Under the pieces are notes generated by a model. It made no database searches. It worked only from the letters and a program-made list of their open reading frames with translations, and was not told the DNA's origin. The position numbers and the translations under genes were made by a program. Positions 54,141 to 64,000 of a stretch of 64,000 nucleotides of DNA are shown here, piece after piece (the stretch's first letter is position 1; the number at the start of each line of letters is the position of its first letter). The DNA is from Octopus sinensis (Eukaryota): positions 164,982,001 to 165,046,000 of the forward strand of contig NC_042998.1 of assembly GCF_006345805.1 (NCBI RefSeq). The letters run 5' to 3'.

Positions 54141-57100
54141 CTTCTCACGCACAGCATACTTCCATAAGTCTCGGTCCCTAGTCATCTCCTTAGTGAGACC
54201 TAAAGTTCGAAGGTCGTGCTTCACCACCTCATCACAGGTTTTCCTGGGTCTACCTCTTCCACAGGTTCCCTCAACGGCTAGGGTGTAGCACTTTTGCACA
54301 CAACTATCTTCAGCCTTTCTCGTCACATGACCATACCAGCGCAGCCGTCTCTCTTGCACACCACAACTGACGCTTCTTAGGTTCAACTTTTCTCTCAAGG
54401 AACTTACACTCTGACGATTATGAACACTGACATTACACATCCATCGGAGCATACTGGCTTCATTTCTTGCGAGCTTACGCATATCCTCAGCAGTCACGGC
54501 CCATGTTTCACTACCATGTAGCATGGCTGTACGTACACATGCATCATACAGTCTGCCTTTTACTCTGAGAGAGAGGCCTTTTGTCACCAGCAGGGGTAAG
54601 AGCTCTCTAAACTTTGCCCAGGCTATTCTTACTCTAGCAGTTACACTTTCAGCACACCCACCCCCGCTACTGACTTGGTCTCCTAGGTAGCGGAAGCTAT
54701 CAACTACTTCTAGTTTGTCTCCCTGAAACGTGGCAGAAGTTGGTCTCTGCACATTTCCAGTGTTTATTGCTCCTGAGCATTTGCCACAGACAAAAACTAT
54801 TTTCCTAGTTAGCCTTCCTTTGACATTGCTGCACCTCTTATGTGTCCATAGCTTACACTTGGTGCATCTTATAGAGTTTCTAACACCTTTTTTACAGATC
54901 GAGCAGGGCCATCTACCTGAAGGCGTTTGTGATTGATCTACCTTCCTACTTATTAGGACTTTGGTTTTGGCTAGGTTGATTCTAAGGCCCTTCGATTCTA
55001 ATCCTTGTTTCCACACCTGAAACTTCTCCTCCAGTTCTGATAGTGACTCAGCAATTAGAGCAAGGTCGTCAGCATAGAGGAGCTCCCAGGGGCAACCTGT
55101 CTTGAATTCCTCCGTTATTGCCTGGAGGACTATGATAAATAGGAGGGGACTGAGGACTGAACCTTGGTGGACCCCAACCTCTACCCGGAATTCTTCACTG
55201 TACTCGTTGCCAACCCTCACCTTACTAGCAGCGTCTCTGTACATGGCTTGCACAGCTCTCACCAACCATTCATCTATCCCTAGTTTCCTCATTGACCACC
55301 AGATAAGGGATCGGGGGACCCTGTCAAAGGCTTTCTCCAAGTCAACAAAAGCCAGGTACAAGGGCTTATCTTTGGCTAGGTATTTCTCCTGCAGCTGTCT
55401 TACCAGGAATATAGCATCAGTAGTACTTTTCCCTGGCACGAACCCAAACTGCATATCATCTAAGCTAACTCTCTCTCTAATTAGTTGGGCTATAACCCTC
55501 TCCGTAACCTTCATTACCTGATCCAGCAGCTTGATGCCCCTGTAGTTATTTGTCTCTAGGGCGTCGCCTTTACCTTTGTAGCAGTTGACTATTATGCTGC
55601 TACACCAGTCATTGGGTATGATCCCTCGTGTATCACCTGGTTAACTATACGGGTGACTAAGCTATAGCCGACACCACCAGATATTTTGAGCATCTCTGCA
55701 GTAATTCCTGATGGGCCTGGGGCTTTCCCTGTTTTCATGCTTCTAATTGCCTTATCTACTAAGGAACTGTTAACTCGGATTGCTGGTCCCTCTGTTGGGT
55801 CGACATTCGGCAGACTCTCTTTATCCCATTCATTTTCTTCATTCAGCAACCTATCATAGTGGCTTCTCCAAGCCTCTCTCTTTGCATCCTCATTAAGCGC
55901 AAGTGAACCGTCATCCTTGCGAACACATTTCTCTCCTACCACGTCACGATTCTCTCTCACACACTGTCTTGCGACACGAAATACCTCAAGTCTTTCATCC
56001 TCACGACGCAGGACATTGGTAAATTTTTCCTTATCTGCCTCCCCTCTGGCTAGATAGACCTGTCTCCTGGCTTCCCTTCTGGCAGACTGATACACTTCCC
56101 TGCTACCACCGTTCTTCCAGGCCTTCCAAGCCTGTTTCTTTTGTCTAATAGTCCTGTCAACAATATTGTTCCACCACCACGTTATTTTGTGTCTTAAGGG
56201 GACTTTGCACCAGCCACAGATCTGGTCAGCGGCTTTCAGCAGGTTGTCCCTCAGAAGCGTCCAGTTGTCTTCTACCCCATGCGTAGCTATACTCCCTTCC
56301 ATTTCGTCTAAGGCTTCAAATAAATATCTCTAAATCTCTGTCCATTCGCAGGGTCTTTAAGCTTCCAGACCCTTCTTCTCCATGTTGGTCGTCTTCTAGT
56401 CGCCCTCTTAGTCCTGATCCTAAAGTCACTAACTACCAGTCTATGTTGTGGGGTGCATTCTTCACCTGGGAAGGTTTTGGCATTTATAAGCAGCCATCTT
56501 TCCCTTTTTCTGGCAAGGATGTAGTCGATTTGGCTAGTATGCCGGCCCGATCGGTAGGTGACCAGGTGGCTTGTCGGTTTCCTGAAGTTAGTGTTGCAAA
56601 CCATAAGACTATTCGCATCGCAGAACTCCAGCAGCCTGGTTCCCTCCTCGTTGCGGGAACCATAACCGTAGCCTCCATGCACGCCATGGAAGCCCCCAGC
56701 ACATCGTCCAACATGCCCATTGAAGTCACCAGCCACAAAGAGAAGGTCCCTGTCGTTCGTCAATGATGTGGTCTGCAGTAGGGTGTCATAGAAACAGTCT
56801 TTCTGTCCATCAGGTAGCCCTGGCTGAGGGGCATAGGCCAATATAATAGTTGCTAAACTATGATGGAGCACTAATCTAATCTTAATTATCTTGTCACTTA
56901 CTCTGACTACCTCGATTACCTTATCTACCCATTTTTCGGCGATAAGCATGCCCACACCCCCGACTCCGTCAGTATTCCCAGCCCAGAAAATCTTGTACCT
57001 CTGTCCTTTGCCTGTGAGGAACTAGCAGAACCTCCTCTCCACCTCACTTCTTGAATGCAGCATATATCAACCCACCTCCGTTCAAGCAATTCAACTATCT

Positions 57101-57299
57101 CGCCAGATCTGCCTTTCAGTGTGCCAACGTTGAGGGTGCCAACCCTGAGGTTGTGGGTGGGGGTGGAAGTGGTATTGGCCCTAATAGCGTCATGGACCTG
57201 AAAAGAAAACTCGCGTTTGGCAGTATTCATAGACAAACAATAGAACTTAAGTTCAAACCTCGTACACAACACTAAACATATCTTGCAATGACTGACCAC
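54126..57299 (-). pseudogene. RTE ORF (apurinic endonuclease + reverse transcriptase) split by three single-base deletions
   Basis: APE motifs GTLNVGTL, IQEVRW, AGDFNGHVG, SQIDYIL; RT motifs YRGIKLL, QFGF, FVDLEKAFDRVPR, GVHQGSVLSPLLF, LLYADDL, FRYLG, LRWYGH, GRGRP. Frameshifts at ~57022, ~56325 and ~55622; no in-frame stops within the joined pieces. Confidence 0.92.
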
Positions 57300-57421
57300 T
57301 ACCTTTTATGGAAGGAGGTGGGGGTGGCGTAAGACTTTGAAGTGTATAAGGGAGACAAGGATGAGAAAATTTAGGACTTCCTGTACCGGTGGAGGGGGGG
57401 GGGGGGGGGTTGCACCGCGAA

Positions 57422-58231
57422 AACCGGCCGGCAGCCATTCCTTTCTTAGGAGAGAAATAGTTATTAGTAGCTATAAATACCTAAATTTTACCTAATCTAT
57501 GGGAGAAGCGTGAGCGATAAAGAGCTATAAATTATAAATACATTTATTCTATATCTACGAGGCGTGAGACTGATCGATAAAATAAAATTAGGGGCAAGCT
57601 TAAGATTAAATATATATTTAACACAAGACATGAGACAACGATATATAATTAAGATGAACTATAGAATTATATGTACATATAAAAAAAACACAAGGCGTGA
57701 GGCTAAATTACACAAGTCATAACAATAATACTAATAGAGATAAAACAGGGCTAACTAAAAGATCAGATCAGTTGCAGATAGTTAAGTAGGTACACGGGTT
57801 GAAATTAAATATAGATTGCTTAGCTTGGATTCATTTTTCGTATTTTTCGTAGGGAGTCGGATAACAGTTTGAATTCAAGTGAGGCCGTTAAAAACAGTCG
57901 CTGGTTTATATGCATACAGGGTTGCGGAGAAGGGGAGCCGAATGGCGATCGAAAGAGATATAAGACAATTGAAGAGGAACGAGAGGGGGGGCGTGGCCCG
58001 CCAAGAACCGGCCGGCAGCCATTCCTTCCTTGGGAGAGAAATAGTTATTAGTAGCTATAAATACCTAAAATTTGCCTAATCTATGGGAGAAGCGTGAGCG
58101 ATAAAGAGCTATAAATTATAAATACATTTATTCTATATCTACGAGGCGTGAGACTGATCGATAAAATAAAATTAGGGGCAAGCTTTAAGATTAAATATAT
58201 ATTTAACACAAGACATGAGACAACGATATAT
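57422..58231. repeat. ~226-bp direct repeat pair at the RTE 5' end (57422-57647 and 58006-58231, period 584 bp)
   Basis: Both copies run aaccggccggcagccattcc...aacacaagacatgagacaacgatatata with only a few differences; each is preceded by a G-run. Confidence 0.9.
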
Positions 58232-58249
58232 ATATATATATATATATAT

Positions 58250-58850
58250 CTTTACTCTTTTACTCTTTTACATGTTTCAGTCATTTGACTGCGGTCATGC
58301 TGGAGCACCGCCTTTAGTCGAGCAAATCGACCCCGGGACTTATTCTTTGTAAGCCCAGTACTTATTCTATCAGTCTCTTTTGCCGAACCGCTAAGTGACG
58401 GGGACGTAAACACACCAGCATCGGTTGTCAAGCAATGCTAGGGGGACAAACACAGACACACAAACACACACACATACATATATATATATACATATATACG
58501 ACAGGCTTCTATCAGTTTCCGTCTACCAAATCCACTCACAAGGCATTGGTCGGCCCGGGGCTATAGCAGAAGACACTTGCCCAAGATGCCACGCAGTGGG
58601 ACTGAACTCGGAACCATGTGGTTGTTTAGCAAGCTTGCTTGTTTCAGTCATTTAACTGCGGCCATGCTGCTGCACCGCATTGAAGAATTTTCGTCGCATG
58701 AATCAACCCCGGTTGTCTTGAAGCTTGATACTCATGCTATCAGTCTATTTTGCCAAACTGCTTGGTTACAAGGACGTAAACTAACACAGGTTGACAAGCA
58801 ATAGTGGTGGAGCGGGGCACAGATACATACACAAAGACACATACACCCCC
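58250..58850 (-). mobile_element. Family 2 SINE (58250-58625) plus an older partial copy
   Basis: tttcagtcatttgactgcggtcatgctggagcaccgcc...ggaaccatgtggttg. Confidence 0.85.
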
Positions 58851-59394
58851 CCTCTCACATATATATGGATGTAACTTTGTTGCCAAATGTTCGCTTCGTG
58901 ATATTGGTTGCAGTCCCACAGAACAATGACACACTGAAGATATGTCATCTACTTGACCTTCTGTTTAATCAATGTCACCTTAGTAAATTTGGTACATGGG
59001 AACTGTATAGAAACCAGTTCTTTAAATATGTATATGAATGTTTATGCGTGTGTGCATACGAGCACAAATCTTAATATTTGTGTTTGCTCCTTTCTCAATG
59101 AAACGACTCTGTTTACCTCTTGTAATTGATTGCGTACACAAAAAGGGAGGCCAGTGGAATAATAACCAAACTTAAAAGTATTGGGGTGGATTTGTTCCAT
59201 AAAATTTGATGACCATCACTGGTATGGAACTCCTCTCGAACTGCACCGGAATCCTTGGCATTGTTGCAGTCCACTCATTGCCATAAATATAAGAATTTTG
59301 TAAGACGTCTCTTGAGCCCTAGGACTCTGAGGGCCAGTAATCCAGTTTCCAAGGCTTATAACTGACCGAGACTACACCGTTTTCCATACATGAG

Positions 59395-59607
59395 GTAATA
59401 GTGCATTGCATATTTCAAGGCCAGTAATTTTGAAGGGAGCGGGCAAGTCGATTACATTGACTTCAGTACTTGGCTGGTACTTTATTTTATCAAACTCCGA
59501 AAGGGTGAAAGGCAATTTGACTTTGGCGGTATTTGGACAAGGAACATAAAGATTCTGAAGAAATGTATCTAAGTATTTTGTTCAATATGCTAACGATTCT
59601 GCCAGTT
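59395..59607 (-). mobile_element. Family 1 SINE, diverged
   Basis: ctggtactttattttatcaaactccgaaagggtgaaaggc...gctaacgattctgccag. Confidence 0.7.
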
Positions 59608-59615
59608 ACAACCTT

Positions 59616-59753
59616 TGGCGCAGGAGTAGCTGTGTGGTAAGTTGCTTGCTTTCCAACCACATGGTTCCGGGCTCAGTCCCACTGCGTGGCACATTGGGCC
59701 GACCAAAGCCTTGTGAGTGGATTTGGTAGACGGAAACTGAAAGAAGCCCATTG

Positions 59754-59799
<46 letters not shown>

Positions 59800-60024
59800 T
59801 GTGTGTGTATATGTTTATATGTCTGTATTTGTCCCCCCCTAACGTCGCTTGACAACCGATGGTGGTGTGTTTACGCCCCAGTAACTTAGAGGTTCCGCAA
59901 AAGAGACCGATAGAATAAGTACTAGGTTTACAAAGAATAAGTCCTGGGGTCGATTTGCTTGGCTAAAGGCGGTGCTCCAGCATGGCCGCAGTCAAATGAC
60001 TGAAACAAGTAAAGACTAAAGAGT
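59616..60024 (+). mobile_element. SINE family 2, near full length
   Basis: Same head, internal (TA)n and tail gcggtgctccagcatggccgcagtcaaatgactgaaac. Confidence 0.88.
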
Positions 60025-61103
60025 ACACGTGAGTACACATAGAAACATAGTCACAAACGTAGTGAATTAGAATATAACCAAACCAAAGGCGGAGCTTTTA
60101 CGTGGCCATTCAAAGTGATTGAAATACCAGCCCAATCTACTATTTTAAATATTTGACAATCAAAGATAAGAGCACCTTAAATAACGTGGTTCTATATTCC
60201 CTGGGCATACGAAAAAAAAAAGAGAAAAAGCAAAACCGACAGGATAGTCATGACTATTACCTTTGATCATAGGTCTGCGCCATCATACCTGACCTGTGGC
60301 TAAACGGAAACCCAACAGCGGTAACAACATAGAAATGTAACAAAAACAACAAAACAAACAATAATAGTAATTCTAACAGAAAAATAAACTAGTGAAATTG
60401 TGAACGATATAAAAATAGTCTATAAAAATACCATAAAATAAATACATAAGAACAGAAGGAAAAAGGAAAAAAATGACATTGTAGAGGAACATGGTAATTA
60501 AATGTTGACAGAATTCTTTGAACGTTGGAGCTAAATCCACTGTTTAGAAACATGCCAAATTCCTCATTGGCTATCTCCCAAAATCTTACGTGGGAACCAT
60601 GCCAGCCAATTAGAGCGATATAATAATGTTTGTGTTGAATGTTTAATTCTAATGAAAATATATGTTTTTCTTTTTGACTTGTGCAGATATACATAGATAT
60701 GTACAGACTGACACGTATATATTTTTATAGTCACACACACACATACATGTGCACACACCATACACACACACATACATACATACATACATACATACATACA
60801 TACATACATACATACATACATACGTACATACATACATATGCGAATACATGCACACAAATATGTGTGTCTGTAAGTTATTCGTCGATATGCTAAGAGACAA
60901 AATCTAATATATTTGTTAAGGCTCTATATTGAATTATTTCATATACAGTACACACACATAAACACACACACCGTCTGTCTATCCATGTATTTGCGTGTAT
61001 ATATCTGTCTGTAGGGTGCGTATCATAACAATAAAATATTTATCAATTGTAGCAATTACTATATTAATTTAATACACACTTCTATATACATATGTATTGT
61101 ATG

Positions 61104-61174
<71 letters not shown>

Positions 61175-61212
61175 AATATGTACACAAAGAGAGAGGGAGA
61201 GGAAGAAAGAGA

Positions 61213-61244
<32 letters not shown>

Positions 61245-61910
61245 GCACAACGTATACTACATACATATCCATGATTATAACAGAAATGATGTAAACTCTA
61301 AGCTGAAATTCGGTTTAAGTCCGGCTTTATTTATTGAACATTTCTCGAGCTTCTATTGACAAACAGTACAAATAGTAGTATACAAGGATATTTACAGCAA
61401 CAGCATTAGGTAATAACTGCGGCAGAATGAGGTAATAACTGGTGATTTAACCATTTTGATGTATTCTAGCGTTATTTATATAATCTTTTATGTCCTCGCC
61501 AAATATATAAGTATAGCTACATATAAGCTACGTTAGCAGAGCACTGTCTTAATATTCTAATATTTTTAACCGAATTCGTATGATACTGAATATGTATTAG
61601 CGACAGAGGTAGAATTAATACGGAGGGTTAAAATTTATCCCCACTTAAACGTGGAAGTCCTGTTAGAACAAATTATACTGCAGTAGATGCCATGAGAGAA
61701 ACTTTAATATTAGCTCGAGGCTATGGTAGAACACATTTGCCTCGGTTGCCTCGCACTTGGCCTGAACACGGAGCCATATGTCTGGGAAGTAACTTTTACC
61801 ACACAGTCTTGGCTGTGCGAATGTAGGCAACACCTGAGACTCTCTCTCTCCTTCCCCCTCTCTTCTCTCTCCTCTCTTTCCCCTCTCCCCCCCCTCTTTC
61901 TATATATATA

Positions 61911-62141
61911 TATTTCTTTACTACCCACAAGGGGCTAAACACAGAGAGGACAAACAAGGACATACAAAGGGATTAAGTCGATTACATCGACCCCAGTGCG
62001 CAACTGGTACTTAATTTATCGACCCCGAAAGGATGAAAGGCAAAGTCGACCTCGGCGGAATTTGAACTCAGAACGTAACGGCAGACGAAATACGGCCACG
62101 CATTTCGCCCGGCGTGCTAACGTTTCTTTCAGCTCGCCGCC
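61911..62141 (-). mobile_element. tRNA-derived SINE, family 1, near full length
   Basis: Reverse complement of the 31891 element with little divergence. Confidence 0.88.
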
Positions 62142-63512
62142 TTTCTATATATATATATATAATTCCAAGAGAGTTAGAAGTTGTGAATCTAACCAACTAA
62201 GGGATAATATCTATCCAATATACTGTGGTAGAATACCCAATTATTAATACACAAGTGGTTTTTCATTGCACTACTGAATGTAATAAATGGGTGAGAGTAA
62301 AAATTGTTTTACCCTTAATTTATACGGTAATAAGAAAATGGAAGGGATCAATAGGTGGTATTCATCAACTTTTAGACATTATATTATATCTATTTATTTA
62401 TTCAAAAATAACAATTATAACAATATACATACATGTATAACATTTTATGCTTTACATATATAAAAATACCAGTAATTATTAAAATATATAACGTAGAACA
62501 TAGAAAGTAGTATAGTTTCTTACAGTTGTTTCAACCAAGAGGTCATAGTACCCCACTTTACTTCCATCCCTTCGGTGAACTGAAGTATTTGGTAGATAAG
62601 ATTAAGATACTTGGGTGTATCTCTGGGCTTCGTCAAAGAGTTTAGAAAGTTCATAAGGTTAAGTTATAAATATAAATACATACATATATAAAGACTTTTA
62701 CATATACATACATATACATAAATCTACATAAATACATATCTATACATTTATATTTATATGTATATGCATACAAAGGAATCAATTATTATTATTATTAGGT
62801 GTATTATATTATTCTTATTAGATAAAGTGTAAACACAGGACAGAGAAAATTATCAAAAGATAATAATCTATCTTAAAATCTATATTAAAATTTTTGTAGT
62901 TTTGTAGGAATGAAAAGGTATATAAATGAGGAATACACAAACATACACAGACACAGAAAGACAGTCAGACACAGACAGACACACACACCACACACACACA
63001 TTTACGTACAAACATACCCTAAGGTACATACATATTTCATGTATTGAGAAGGGAGGATTACTGTAGTAGTTCGCATTTTGATTTTTATATTATTATAATA
63101 ATTATACACAAACATATATATATATATAAATACAAACATGCGATATGTTTTCTTTTGAGGGATTGAGATAAAGGTCCACAATTAGTGGTTTAGAGTTTAT
63201 ATCAATACCTGTGATATTAGTTGGTACTAAAAGTAATAAATTTCAGGGTATTAATCAAGACACTTTATTATTTTCCGTTAGTTTTTGTTTATCGAGTTGC
63301 TGAAATCCTGCAGGAAGTGGGGAGCGGGTTATGGTCTGTCCCGTAATCTAATTAGTCATCTATTTTGGAAGGCCATGACTTTGTTATGGTTGGTTAATGG
63401 CCAACCGATAACATAAACAACAAAGTAGACAAAAATATATAAATGTATACAAATAAAAAACAAATAATCCGAGGTTAACTGTTAGTAGGTAGGATAGTAA
63501 AAGTCAATAAAG

Positions 63513-63566
63513 CAATTAATATAGGGATATATATTAATTTATTAATATATATCCCTATATTAATTG
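63513..63566. repeat. Perfect AT-rich palindrome, 26-bp arms with a TT spacer
   Basis: caattaatatagggatatatattaat-tt-attaatatatatccctatattaattg. Confidence 0.95.
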
Positions 63567-63654
63567 ACCTTCTTCACTACCTCTTCTACTTTTTTCCAGA
63601 ATGGACAGTTGTTTCATAAGCTTGTTTCATAATAATTCAGTGACATTTGGGTTC

Positions 63655-64000
63655 TCATCGAGTTTGGGTTCTGCAGTTGTCATTGTGGGTCTCCCTCAGA
63701 AACGTATCTACATCTTTTCTGGAGCTGGTCGATTGCCCTGATTTAGTCTCACCCAATAGCGTTTGGGTGAACTTAAAATAGTTCCTGATTAACCATGCCC
63801 TTTTTCTCTCCTTTAGTTTCTCCCGCTTCCGGTTGCTTTCCTCCCTTCTAAGCCAATTCAGACGTTCTCGGAGCTGAATTGTGAAGTTCTTGATACCTTT
63901 CCTTTCTTCGTCAGGTGCTCCTTTATACTGATAATTGAGTCTCTTGATTTCTCCCCTCAAGTGATGCCTCTCTCTTTCTCTTTTGCTCATATCCTTTCTG
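63655..64000 (-). mobile_element. HERO/R2-like LINE fragment (region N-terminal to RT), runs off the window
   Basis: LRERLNWLRREESNRKREKLKERKRAWLIRNYFKFTQTLLGETKSG resembles the LRRAE..R...F..NPF.F.K.LL..KSG segment of HERO-type ORFs. Confidence 0.65.

Larger units (their letters stand above)
51315..58226 (-). mobile_element. Near full-length RTE-clade non-LTR retrotransposon (LINE) with expanded 3' UTR and 5' direct repeats
   Basis: APE+RT coding region; (TGA)n 3' tail (plus strand tcatcatca at 51315); RTE-type 3' motif gctggatgcccttcctaacgccaacc at ~51442; both ends abut (TA)n runs (51301-51314 and 58226-58249). The 5' boundary is inferred from the TA flank. Confidence 0.93.

Noticed and set aside
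62515-62555. Half hammerhead on the minus strand (GACC-TCTT-GGTT-GAAAC-AACT-GTA)
   Set aside because: The CUGANGA core and helix I are missing.
36660-64000. Idea that the two HERO-like fragments are one element split by later insertions
   Set aside because: They are collinear but about 26 kb apart with no intervening RT pieces; independent copies are simpler.

Overview
AT-rich, repeat-dense animal genomic DNA. The SINE families and microsatellite landscape look like Octopus (most like the O. vulgaris/O. sinensis group); this is pattern recognition, not a database match. I cannot support any host protein-coding gene, and most track ORFs are microsatellite read-through. Supported content: (1) a ~6.9 kb, nearly intact RTE-clade LINE (51315-58226, minus). 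Its APE-RT frame is broken only by three 1-nt deletions, its 3' UTR is expanded into a 7-unit nested hairpin array, and its 5' region carries a ~226-bp direct repeat. A 5'-truncated sister copy lies at 39781-40498, and both copies sit in (TA)n runs. (2) Decayed R4/Dong-like, HERO-like, RTE and L1/Tx1-like LINE relics. (3) Many tRNA-derived SINEs, mariner and hAT MITEs, and Helitron-like elements. (4) Several long foldback elements. The most novel-looking signal is RNA-structural. There is a canonical minimal type I hammerhead ribozyme at 26179-26266 and a degenerate one at 39472-39563. Two sequence-divergent palindromic elements (40531-40811, a perfect 140-bp-arm palindrome, and 6479-6850) share a hammerhead-like skeleton with a swapped G3-C8 core (GUGAACA), covarying helix I and helix III pairs, and self-complementary helix III. 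They may represent a variant-ribozyme family of Penelope-like foldback elements. Activity is untested.
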